This document shows, one piece after another, positions 51,581-63,910 of a stretch of DNA of 64,000 bases. Position numbers and translations under genes: made by a program. The DNA comes from Catajapyx aquilonaris (taxonomy: Eukaryota): contig KZ538258.1 in the NCBI GenBank assembly GCA_000934665.2, positions 1 to 64,000 on the forward strand, in the 5' to 3' direction. Positions within the stretch are counted from its first letter, which is position 1. Each line of letters starts with the position of its first letter. The notes under the pieces are model-generated. The model did no database searches and was not told the DNA's origin. It saw nothing but the letters and a program-made list of their open reading frames with translations.

Positions 51581-54500
51581 ATCCAAATATTATGAAACAT
51601 TTTAAAGCGAGTTGCTGACACTACGGTATATGGACGGTTCTACTATGATTTATTTGCATGTTAAAGAGACATGGAAATAATTAGCCTGTGTTCCTATATG
51701 CACCACACCCAAAACACATTCCAATATTGAACGTGAATAGTTTTTAACAACGAAAAAAGTGCACTCAAATCAGAATAACCTTTCAACAGTGTTAAATTAC
51801 AGCTTTCCATCGACATAAAATTCGTGTCGGCCAACCAATAGGGAGCTCATGGACGAGAATCATTAAATAAATGAACAGAAGAACAATGACGAGTAACAGT
51901 GATTCCAAAGCTTCAGAAAATATGGTTTAAGGGAAACAATATGTAAACATCTGTATTGTTTCGCACTACTCCGTGGTGACTATAACATTCAATAAAGAAT
52001 GGCCGAATTGCTCATTTTATTATTTTTACACGGATCTCCTACTTGTGCATGGCCCTCGAAGGGTATTTCAGCGTCACAAAATATTCGTGCCACCTAATAT
52101 CCCCTCAATATCACGATAAGGTTATCGGCAAATACACGACATTATTATCCAACGACGTCATCAGCCATAAGTTCGTTCCCTCGTAAACAACCGCCTAATT
52201 TCTTACAACTCAACATCTTCCGGTACCATCCAGCCATAATGCTAAAATAAGGTGCACGCCCACATTGTTTGGCCCCAACCCTAATCACAGTCTACTTTTG
52301 TCATCCTCGTGCAAGAATGGATTCCGTTCCACCTTGAGCCAATAAATCGGGACGAAATTTGGCCCCGAGTCAAGCTGAGTCTCCTGCCGTTCGAACTGAC
52401 TGACTCAATTATTGTGAGAGCCAAGGTTCTTACATTCAATAGAGAAATCCTGCCTGGGTTTTCACATGACATTTTTCCCGATCGCCGTACCAGGTTCAAG
52501 ATAAAGCGCTTTTTTCTTCGTCTAAAAATGACAATTGGAATGATGTGAAACCTATAATGCAGTTTCTCTCTTTTTTTTCCAACAGTAGGCCCTTACATTT
52601 TGATGCATCAGTATGCAAGTAATTATAAAACTCGATCGGCTTTTGTCGATAAACACGCCATGTAGCATGAATTTCACATAATTTTGGGGATGTTCAACGG
52701 CCTCCAGTATTTTCATCTGTGATTTTTAGTTACTTTTAAGGGCTGGGGGGAGTTGGCCGCGCTGTTCTCAAACACACGCAAAATGAAACAAACATCCCCC
52801 AGAATGAAATCCTTGCGAAGGCCCTGGGTTGTGAGACTACTGCATAAGTCTCCCCAATTTTCTAGAACCGCCACTGGGGGCAGGAAGAAGGAGGGGAAGA
52901 AATTGGGGGAAGGAGAAGGAGGGTTTCTCAAAGTTTGCACCCCAAGTTACTGGCGGGCGAGTGCCGCTTCCACTAACTTTTAAAATTATGGCCGAAATTT
53001 CTATTTCATCAATATTAAAATAAATGTTCAGGGGACTGACTCTGGTAATGGCCTTTCATGCTGTTGGTTATTCGCTAAGGTCAATGTAGCTCGGGCTTGG
53101 TTACGCACGACATAATCCGTGGATTTTTCCTTTAGTGCCGCTGTTTGTTAGGAGCTAATAGGATAAGTGACCCCCCAAGAGAGGATTTTGAGAAAAATAT
53201 TCAGTTTGAATTCTTCCTCGCAAAAAAAAAAAAAAAAAAAAAAAAAATCAACACGCCAATCGCAAAATAATACAAAAAAATATGAAAGTGTCCCACTTAC
53301 AACTAAAATGATCTGGTTGGAATTTGATATGAAATTCCATCACCTGAGCTGGCTGCAGCCTTTCTTCCATCCATTCCCAATTGATATTCCCATCTCCCTC
53401 GCATCAGAATAAAAGCTGGGGCTGGAATCTCTAGACTGAAACTGGGCCATGACACGGTTAAGTGCTTTACGTGAATGCCTCTGCCCAGCTCCTTTATTGC
53501 CGCACTTTGGAAAATGGTTGGATCCATTTTCACTCGAAATATACCCGCTGTTGCCAAAATTCATGGTGGCCATCATCTGAGGGTCCTGCGTGCCTTAATT
53601 CATCCGATCCACTCGAAGAAAACAGGTCCCAATCGACTTCTAGAAAAAGGGTTGTCTTCTGCACCAGTTTCCTCAGCCAGATAAATTATGATGGAGAAAT
53701 CGCCTGGAGGGCAATAGGGGGGGTAGACAAGGGGGTCCATCGCGTGCACAAATCCCATCACCTTGTGGCCTTGATCGGCAAACTCCCTGCGTAAACAAGT
53801 GTAATGATTCCGGTGAACATGTGATGAAGCTGAATATTCCTCCCAAGACCTCTGCCCTACATACCATCTGTGTATTTATTTACTCTAAGCCAGGCCTGGT
53901 GTTGCAGTTAACTCCTTTTTGTTATATCCTGCGGAATGATCTGACCGATGGGAGGGGGAGGTCCTGACCCACTAAAAAAAAATACTAATGCAGCGTTTGT
54001 AATTAAGTTTCCGTAAGTTTTAAGGAGTTTAGGTACAACGCCCTTTCTCAAGGCCTTCTCTCCCACTGCAGCCCGAAACATCATCATTACTTTCCAACCC
54101 CCGGACATACACCTACAGTACCAATGTTTTTGTCGGGATGTTTTCGGCGAATACCCTTGGCCCAAAACGTTGCCATTCAGTCGTCCATCAAACTTGCGTT
54201 CATTCAGATGCCAAGTTTAAGACGGAAACGGCAACCGCGTCCTTCCTCCTGATAATATTCGTGCATAATCGACCTACTTGAAGCCATTTTTCCAATTTAT
54301 AATCGACGCTTCAAGGTTATCGTTCGCTTATTAACATGAAAACACTGAGCTCTTTTCGCGCTACATAAATGCCAGTATCCAAAGAGTTCAAAGTCAGAAG
54401 GATGTGCCTAAAGCTATCTGGCAGTTTGCACATCCAACTGAGCTCGACTTTGGAATTGTCAACTTGATGCAACTCAACTAACTGGGTGTGGTCCTCCATT

Positions 54501-56832
54501 AAGTAATAAATTACAATAATTAGGATTGGCAAGCAAGGGACACTTTGTGTATGCTGTTTCTCTCCACAGCACCAAAATATATGAACAAAAAATACAGTGC
54601 AGCATCTGTCACAGTATTGGAAATGTTTGTATCAAGTTCCTGTGGCTGGATCCACTAGTCAAATGTGATTATGATATCTTAAATTCGCGATATATGAGCA
54701 GTCAAGTATGCGACTGAAGAAATACAGCTTCTCACTTTTATATGGCGCATTTTCTCAGCACGTCTTCATCTCGTTTTTCTTTTCTTTCGCCTTTTCACAT
54801 AGAACAGCCTCCACGTGACATAATGTTGTTTATAATATCTACGCCTCGGTCTACGCCAAACACATTTACAAAGCTTAATGCAGTATTTAACTCGCGTTAA
54901 TTTAAACTACATAATGACTGGATCACTGGCCAGCATGCACTGCACCCATAGACTATACATCATAACATCTTAGGCAGCTGCATGCGAAAATGGCGACGTT
55001 GGCCAGCCCCTACCTTGCACCGAAGGCCCATACCGGTCGAGCACCTTCCCTCGGGCCTTCCGAAAGAAGGAGAGGTCCAAACTGAAGGAACGGTACATGG
55101 GACTCTTCCTCATCTTCCCTCACACACACTCGCGCTCTGTTCCACACACACATTCCTGCATAACCAACAGCTATCGCCCCGATTATCACCTCAAGTCCCG
55201 TGCAAGAGAGTGCTGTAACTGGTGTGTAACCAAGAAGTGTATGTGGATGGTCCTACAGGCACCGAACTACCTTGCCAACTGGCAAGGCATGCCCACTCAC
55301 TTAGGGGCCTCCGTTATGGCGAAAAAAAACAGCAGACAAAAAAAAAAAAAGTGGCCCAACCCTAACTCAAGCACGTGACTAGTACGTATAGTCTCGCGGT
55401 CGTAAATTGCTTAATGTGCCTCTCCGTAATTAATTGTGCAAATCTCATATCGACCGCTTCCAACAACTTTCAAAATTTCGTTATGTTTTCACCCTGGTGC
55501 GTCTAAACGGTGTTTTTTTCCTCAGTCGTAAAAATTAACAGATCGGAAAATATCGTGCGCCCTTTGACACAATTAGGTGCGACGTTAATACAGGCAATTG
55601 CTGCTTAATTAAGCACGTGGCATGTCTCACCCAGCTTGAGGACAAAGGCTGCATAAGGCGCGGCAGAATCAAAAAAATCCAGGGTCGTAAATTTTCAGTA
55701 CCTTTTTCCCCCGGTTCCCAAGTCTCTCCTTTCCCCCACCAATTCCCCGTCTCTTTCCCTTCCAAACCNNNNNNNNNNNNCCCCCTCTGGCTCTACATTT
55801 TTTTTTCATTCTCGATTACAAAAAAACGTCAGGTGAGGCGCCACGTTCTCCTTGAATATGCACGACCATCACACTCAGGAGTACCATTTTAAAACACTCC
55901 ATCTTTATAGTATATGTCTGCCGTACAGTCCGCATATATGACTTACAAGCAAGTTACCAATTACTTGAATCGTTTTGAATTCATTGCCACAATCTTGACG
56001 AACATGTGCTAAAATAAACGGTTTTAATTGACGTGCATGTTTAAATTACCGTATCGTTTTTTTAATCATGTGGGTTTATTATGTGAAAAAGTGTTCCATC
56101 ATTGATTACCCTCATGTGCTAATGAGTGTAGATTGGTCACTCTGAAGGCCTTACGCGAGTATTCACGGATCAGATTAGATGTGAAACTCGCAATTTAGGT
56201 CCATCTCAGCAATGAGTTTCAGCAGTCTGGCAGGTTCCCGCTCAAAGCCAACTTGAAAGTCTCGGTTACCGGATCCAGACCAAATTCCCGCTGGTGTAGA
56301 CGGAGAATCGTTAATGAGATGCGTCCAAATTGCGAGTTGCACGTGTAATACATGAAGGTGTAGCAATACCCGCTGAAAACTCAAATCCATTGCAATTCAC
56401 TGGAAGGGATGCCTTCATTCAACTTAATATTAGCAGCTACAGCATTTTCGTCAACCGGAAAAGTAATTGCTTCATCTAAGCAGTTTAGTTCACAAAATAA
56501 TAATAATTGCAAATTACTACAGGCCCTTCGAGTTGCAACATACTCAGACCTCATATGCGACCCTCGTGTGTAAATCGCGTATACATCGAGTAAATGCTTC
56601 TTGCCTGCAACATGCTGCATTTAAACTACCATTATCCCACAAACGCGGGTGGTAGTCATGTTTGATTGTATTATTGATTGTATTAAAATATTTGTGTCAT
56701 GTATCTCATCTCAATGCCGTACCCCTACCTGGCTGCGCCTCTAGTAAGAAATTTGTAACTGAGACGTCTGTGGCATTTTCACCTAGTAAGCTTACAGAGT
56801 GCAATTTAGTGGCATTTTTGTTTTTGTTTCTA

Positions 56833-56837
56833 TTCTT

Positions 56838-56899
<62 letters not shown>

Positions 56900-56900
56900 T
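56833..56900. repeat. Compound (TTC)n(TTA)n microsatellite
   Basis: Direct reading. Confidence 0.95.
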
Positions 56901-56916
56901 GGGGTCTATTATTATA

Positions 56917-57065
56917 CAGAGAAACCTGTGTACAGCGGAATCGCACCGTTCAGCAAAAAGTTTCCGCTATATCGGACAAAAATACATGGACTATGCCCGG
57001 TCTGCCAACATTTTACGCAGTATACAAATTTCCGCTATAGCAGGTTTCACTGCACGGTTTCACTA
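56917..57065. mobile_element. Tigger/pogo-like MITE (CAGTGAAAC family)
   Basis: TA|CAGAGAAACCTGTGTACAGCGGAA ... TTCCGCTATAGCAGGTTTCACTG with a duplicated terminal ggtttcact. Confidence 0.7.
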
Positions 57066-60000
57066 TATTATTTGGAGGAAGGGGTGAGGGGCTAAGAGCG
57101 GGGTATATGTGAACATGAAAATAGGCCGTCCCTTACTAACAGAAAGACATTCACGTGACCTGACCAGCATGCCATAACCCAAAGACCAATAATCGGTAAG
57201 ATTGAGCCACGGCAGTCGGTCCAATAAAATCTGAAGCAATCAGTTCCATCATCCCGCCTTACAGTGCACTTCATTTCCTTCGACCAATTTTTCCCGAACC
57301 AGCGACGAATATTAACATCATTATTACCCCATAAAATTCAAAAACTCAACATATTAAATTCAACGCATAAAGTACAGACTCGAGAACTTTTCACTACAAT
57401 AAAACTGAATAAAACAACATCCCAAATGTATTGCGCTTCTCCAAAACAACGTTGTACGTCCCATTCCAGACCTCCCAGGTACCATAATTTAAAACACAAT
57501 CATCGTAGAATTTATGGCGTAAAAAATTACCATGTCACGACAATAAGTTCTGTGTAACATTATATAACTCCAGGAGCTATAAATTACGGGACACATACCT
57601 ACGCCACTGCATCGGTTGGAAAAACTTGCTCTTCAAGCTTCGTTTCTCAGGCAGAACGAAAAATTCTATCCATATTTCTGCCTTCACGACACACAAAAGC
57701 ATTCCAAAAGGGGCAGATCACATGGTCGAGACCAAGGGCGGCATTCACATGGACCCGTCTATGTCACATGGAACATGCGGAGCATATACAGGACCATGTA
57801 TGCATGACCAGACTCTCGGAACATGGAGCATGCGCAACGAGGGATGGTCCGAATTTACGGAATTGCGCCTATAGATCGAACACATGTGATTTTAAATTTA
57901 ATCGCAATATTGGGCCACTTATCATGAGTATTGTACCATAATAAACTGACAAAATATACAATAATGAAATTAATATACGTGGTTTTAATTCGTGAATTTT
58001 TTTATATTCCATTAAATTTTTCGTCAAGTTTCGCCCATCCGAATTCGAATCTGCCAGTGCCTTTCACGAGGATGCCCCCAATAAAATTCGCGCAACATAA
58101 CCCGACCACAAGCCTCCGGATATGTGCCTCGTCTGTCAGAGAGCATTCAATAAGCCAGACTTCTGCCACTGGAGGCGGGATCTGACATGAAGTGCAACCT
58201 CATAAAATATGAGCCCGTTTACGAGCAACTTACGTCAGTCTCCGCCAATTCGGTCCCCAGAGTTTTCCCTCCCCAAATCCGATGCACCCATCACATCAAT
58301 GCTCCTCGCGTTTCTTCACATTGCCTTCCTGATATTAACACCTTTTAGTCCCCGCTCCTCCTCTTTCCCTTCCGATCCTATAATTTAGCCCATCTCAAAG
58401 CACGCCAAGGGGCCTGTGACCTCGCCAACATCTGCATCTGGAAAAAGGTCTACTCCACCACCACACACTCAACTTCTGTTCTCACACGCACACATCCCGT
58501 ATCGAGTGACACCTCCCAAGGCTTTTCATCGCGAAGGTCACCCAAGAGATTCGGACTTCAAACCCAACACCTGTCCAATGGAGCCCACCTTTTATTACAT
58601 ATTCCCTTTCCGTCCTACATGGTTCCTAAACCCACCAGACTTGTTTAGGGGGGCCTCGCCTAACATGCTGTGCACCTCCATTCCTCCCCGATTTTTTTTT
58701 CGACCGATTAGGGAGGGTCTCGCTGTCCAAAAGTGCATTGGTTGCGGAGGTGTCTCACTAATAGTCGGAAACAAACATTGTGTGGGTGAACCCTGTATGG
58801 TGTAGTTGGCCAATACGTGACACAAGGGGTAATCCCGGTGAATGGCGGACATAAAAATCTGGCCCACATTGCGGGAATGCGATCAACAGAGTAGGGAATG
58901 CTACCAACGTATGGAGAATCAATAGTACAGGGTATAGTCTTGGCTCTAAAAGTATATTTCACAATTTTATTTTTTACTGGTTCCCTCATAACTTGGGGGG
59001 CAATAAAGTGTCAAAGTAGCGAACCCACGTATTTGGGTGGCGATATTTTTCACCTGCGCCTTCTCTTTTTTTTTAATGTAGAGTCGCCCTAAAAGGGTTC
59101 TGCCCAGGGTCGGGATGCGGAAATGATATTCATTTAGTGCCTGACGAATACAAAATTCTGTAATCAATAACATCCGTCCGGGAATCGCAACTTCCTTCAT
59201 TACTAGATGTTGCGTAACATGTTATGTAATGCACTCCATATAATTAGTCGCGCAATTATCAAAAGAAAACAAAGTGGCACATTTTGCTGCAACGGAGTTC
59301 AAAGGGCATGGGATAAACTGGACATGGTAATCAACGTTATGTGCATAATTCTGAGTCATTGAGGGCATTCTGTTACAAAGCAAATGGTTCCTTGAGTCCT
59401 TTGATCTAACTTTCCGTTCCACAAAACCCTTTCCATCCCCCACCCCCCACCCCATGCTCTCACATAATTTCCCCTTATGATGTCATCCATGTGGTTTGTG
59501 CCCCTGTCACATGTGAATCACCAGGGCCTTTCTGAATAAGTCAGGATCAAACTCTTCGGAGAGACACTGACACTCACTTATAGCCAGCAAGTGATGACAT
59601 CACATGTGCTACAATGGAATATGATGTTTACTATCACTGGGCTGGTATGCACAACAGTGTCTCCCATGCACAAAAATATCAAACAAAAGTCGACCCCCTG
59701 ATTTATGTCATTAATTGCATTTCCCTCCCCTACTGCTTACCAAAAAGCTCTAACATGCTATCAGCCCAGAGGCCAGGGTCAGGCAGAAATGGGATTTTGC
59801 ACCCCCTTTGGGTCAACATGGCACTTTTCGCCATCCCTACTGCTTATTCTGGGTATCACTTTCGGACCATTTCCTACTCCAATCAGAGTGGATTGTTGTC
59901 ATCAGCTCACCCACATTCAGTCGCCTTCCACACACACTTCAGTTTATTGACCTGCTTGCTATCAATACCCGTACAAGCACCTTTCATGATGATAAGATTA

Positions 60001-60952
60001 CCGATGTTCAAATTGTTTGCAAACATGGATTAATCCACGATCGAAAATGCATAATGGCGAGTGCTTAATTAGCCTTTCAAATGCTAATACGCATGAGGAA
60101 AATAAAGCAATAACAGCGTATTCCTTTGTAGCTCATAATAAAAGAAGCTGTCTGCCAAGGTTAGCAATTTGAAAATGTGTGCTAAATACAAGAACACACT
60201 GCTGTGCTACAGTATGCATGGCTATGACACCTACATATCCACATCCCTTTACACAACAAATTTAAAATTCACACAATGCAAAATAAATATTTCGTGTTTC
60301 TCAACTAAACACTGTCGATAGGATCCTCTTAGCAAGAAATTGACTAGACAGTTGCAATGTATGCCATAGGCCTATACAAAATTGAAACCTGGACATGTAA
60401 CTCTGCCATGAATTAAGCTCAGCATCATTTCTTGAAATAACATTTGACAGCAGCAAGGTGCGTGAACGGCCTAGGTTGACTGTGACGACCAAATCAAATT
60501 ACACTAAAAATTCAGTATTAGTGCACAAACACACTAGCAACACCTGCATTCCCTCAACTCTACGGCCATTAATCAAGAGTCCAAGACAGGGTGCAACACA
60601 TTCACCCTAGGTTTGCATCCAGGCAGCGCACCTTGACTCCATCCATGTACCAAGGTGGATGCATCCCAAGAGTGCCATGCTCAGCCCCATCTGTCAGCTG
60701 AACCCTGACGAAGGTGAGCTTTCGGCTCAGGTAGTACGCCAGCACGACCTGCCTAACGTCGTGCTACCGGATGCCCAAATTTCACCTGTCAGGCCCAATT
60801 ACAACTCTGCAGCCGGCCCCATAAAAAGCGTGTCCGGAAGTTGCGTGCTAGTAGCCGCTAACAGGATGGCATCTACAAACCATCCCTAAAAATGGTGGGC
60901 AGGCAAGCAGGCAGTCGAGCAGGGGAGAAAGACTCGTGGCTCAGGCACCGAC

Positions 60953-61260
60953 CTGCATGATGATCAGCAGCAGTCAGGTAGTGAATCTCCTCAGCAGCCG
61001 ATGGATGCAGCAAGACGCAGCACGTGGAGAGCGACGAATCATCCTTGGCAGTAGGACCGTGGACGGCCCCTGGTCTGTGAGGGTGGCGGGGGCGTAGTAG
61101 TGGCTCCGGGCGACTTTTTCAGCTGCTCCGTCCACCGTCTCTTTTGGGAGGCGCGTTGGGAACGTCAATTCACGCCCACTACTCAGGCAGCACTGGCAGA
61201 GGGGAGCGACACTAACGACATCTAGCGGGAGTACTGCATACTTGGCATGGCGGGATTACA
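60953..61260 (-). promoter_or_regulatory. Candidate promoter and non-coding first exon of the CdGAPr-family gene
   Basis: GC/CpG-rich island ending in donor CAG|gtcggt at 60953; composition changes to its right. The 5' boundary is approximate. Confidence 0.5.
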
Positions 61261-61424
61261 AGCATGGAAGGACAGCGGTGGCGTCTCAATGTTTTCAAAG
61301 TGCTCAGAAGGCACGATAATGTTAACGTGTAAGCCAATTAGGATGGACCACAATGTATATTAACTATATTTCAGCTTCGTTTTAAAGGCAGATCCTTCCG
61401 ACCACTTTATCAGGCAACCCACAG

Positions 61425-61670
61425 TGGTACTGTGGTCTAGTGGTTAGTGTCACAGCCTTGAGGTCCTGCAGTCTGTCCTCGTGTAGGACGGAGGAGTGTC
61501 GCATGCAGATTTTCAGTTCGTTTCAGTTCGTTTCAGTTTTCTCCGAGTGTTCCATTTTCTCTCGCTTTCAAAATCCATCAGTATTTAAGTTCAAATTAAT
61601 CGAGTCAGGAATTTAAAAAAAGGATTTCCTGAGAGGCCAAGGAGCAGCCATTGTTAAAATAAATTATTAC
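61425..61670 (+). mobile_element. Degenerate tRNA-derived SINE
   Basis: gtggtctagtggttag A-box, cagcctt, ggaggagtgtc, and a central gttttctccgagtgttccattttctc resembling the common SINE core GGTTTTCTCCGGGTACTCCGGTTTCCTC. Confidence 0.55.
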
Positions 61671-62331
61671 TAGCCATAGACCAGGGAGACGTCTCAAGAT
61701 CTTTAACAATCAAATAAGCAAGTATTAAACTGAATAGATTGGATTGAATTGATCAAATATCTTAAGGGTAGCATAAGATGGTTAAAATAGAACATAGTAT
61801 AGATCCTAGTCGCTTTTACAGAAGTGGGCCAGACATAGTAGACAAGCAATAGAGATAACTGTTGTACAGCATCCTCAACTCGGCCATAGTGGGAAATGAG
61901 CCTGATTCATGCCTTCATCACCTTGACCACATCTCTAGTGAAGCTGATCCTCTAGTGTACCTCTAGCTCATGTCTCTAACTGTAATTTCTAGCCACCATG
62001 GAGAAAGGTGTAAGGCAAAAAATAAAAGACTAGCATTCTTTGTCCTTCATGTACAGTACTGTACTCAAGCTACTAGCTACCAAGAGGATTTACAATAGCC
62101 ATCCCAGGCCAAGAAATTGAGATGAGGAGATCATGGATGGCTGACTGAAACAAGGTGCATTTGAATGTGACGGGAATAAAATATGCACTTTTCCTTATTC
62201 CCATATTCCTTTCACCTTGAAAAAGCTCGCTAATTTTTCTACACAGAAGAAAAAATAAATACATCATATTTGACTTCCGCTGTTTCTCACATGAACATCA
62301 TATGCTAGTGCTGCAACGTAACCACTCCAGA

Positions 62332-62624
62332 CAGCCCCCTGACACACACACGATATGGTAGTGTAATATAAAAGTCTCCGCCATGCAGGGATTTGGCGCT
62401 GGCACGCCCCCACAGGCATCTACCACTGCCAGCCATCTGAATCTTAGTCTGCAAACGCCCTCCGAGGAAAGGACTGTTTGGGTTGGTTCCGATGGCAGCC
62501 AACCCGAACCGACCCTCCAGTAGATGCCTGTGGGGGCGCACCAGCGCCAAATTCCCTGCATAGCGGAGACTTTTATATTAAACAACCGTCAACTCAGGGC
62601 TAGGAGGCATGTGTCAGGGGGCTG
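62332..62624. mobile_element. GC-rich inverted-repeat element (MITE) with nested inverted repeats
   Basis: About 60-bp arms at 62364-62423 / 62520-62580, outer 15-bp pair cagccccctgacaca / tgtgtcagggggctg, and a small inner hairpin. Confidence 0.8.
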
Positions 62625-62889
62625 ACTCCAGCATAAATGCAGTATCTTCTCAGCACATTAACTACTTCTGAAAGAGAACAGATGATGCAGGAAAGCAGGA
62701 AGGAAAACATGTTTTGGCAAGAGGAAAGGATGTTGTAGAAATATTGTAAATATTACTAGTTCAATGTGCTTTTAAAAAAACTAGGAAAACCCTCATTGCT
62801 GTCCCAAGACCAATTGTATACAAAGAGAAAATAATGAAAAGGCAGAAATTTTCTCAGAATATGTATTGTGAATACCTAAGCATAACTTA

Positions 62890-63060
62890 GGGAGGCACAG
62901 AGGTGTAGTGGTTAACACACTTCACTCTTGAAAAACCTTTTAATGCCACTGATCTCCATGTGGAAAATCTGGATGGGCACTCGGTTTGGCTTTTGGATGA
63001 ACAACTTCATTTCACATGACTCTGTAAGTGGCCCTCAAATGATTCTGTTTCAAATAAACA
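62890..63060 (+). mobile_element. Degenerate SINE copy related to the 51350 element
   Basis: ggtgtagtggtta head; cacatga...gtggccctcaa...aataaaca tail. Confidence 0.5.
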
Positions 63061-63612
63061 AGAAGCAGTGATGATAATATTGTAACATTATAATTATAAC
63101 ATTATATATACTCGTATTATATTATAATATTTTTTAAATGTGCATTTTCATCTTATGAAAATCCCACATTTAAAAAAATGTTAGTATGTGCAGGTCAATG
63201 GTGCTCTTAGGCATTCCTATCATTTTAAAAGGAACCTGAGAGATGAGACATGATCAAAATCAGATTATGCTGTATTTCAAGTAATTTCAACTTGACAGGT
63301 AACTTTCAGAAAACATCACACACACACAAGGGTAAGTGAAATAAAAATGGCAAGTACACAAGACATGGTTAAATAGCATGATTCCTGGCACACCTGTGTG
63401 GTTCAGGTCCAATCCATTCAACAGCAAATTTGGTCTAATCAGAGAAACAATAGCCAAGGTCACAGAAGTGACATAAGGTGTGGAAGAGTGCATAGCAGCT
63501 TCATCATCATGGATGGTGGTGCAGCACATGAACTGTATCTTAGGGAGACTCAAGGTAGCATCATGCTGATGAGCACTGGCAACTATCATTGACAGCAACT
63601 GAAAATAATATA

Positions 63613-63824
63613 CAAGGGCAAATCGAAAAGTAATTCCCAACTTTTTTATTTCCAAAGCTTCACAACAGAAACTGAAACTGAGATATACATATGAAAGGAC
63701 AGGTCCTTCTCTAATTTTAGACATAGTCACCACACACTTTGGTACACTTGTCCCACCGGGACACAAGTTTTTCCATGCCCCTGCAGAAAAAAGCATCAGG
63801 CTGGCTGGGAAGCCAGAGACAGAC
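63613..63824 (-). pseudogene. mariner transposase C-terminal fragment plus 3' TIR
   Basis: 63824-63711 translates to VCLWLPSQPDAFFCRGMEKLVSRWDKCTKVCGDYV*, matching the mariner C-terminal signature GIxKLxxRWxKCxxxxGDYVE. TIR-like TA|CAAGGGCAAATCGAAAAGTAAT at 63611. Confidence 0.85.
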
Positions 63825-63910
63825 GCGCCGCCCTCTCACGTCCTCTGTCGCTGAGGTCTTGACAAGCCAGTACTCCTTTTTTAGTCAGAAGAGATGGTAG
63901 ACATGGTTAA

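Noticed and set aside
56662..57095. Hydrophobic poly-F/L/I ORFs
   Set aside because: Artefacts of the TTC/TTA microsatellite and the adjacent MITE.
63287..63796. 169-aa minus ORF
   Set aside because: Non-ATG start and out of frame with the mariner remnant; no coherent protein.
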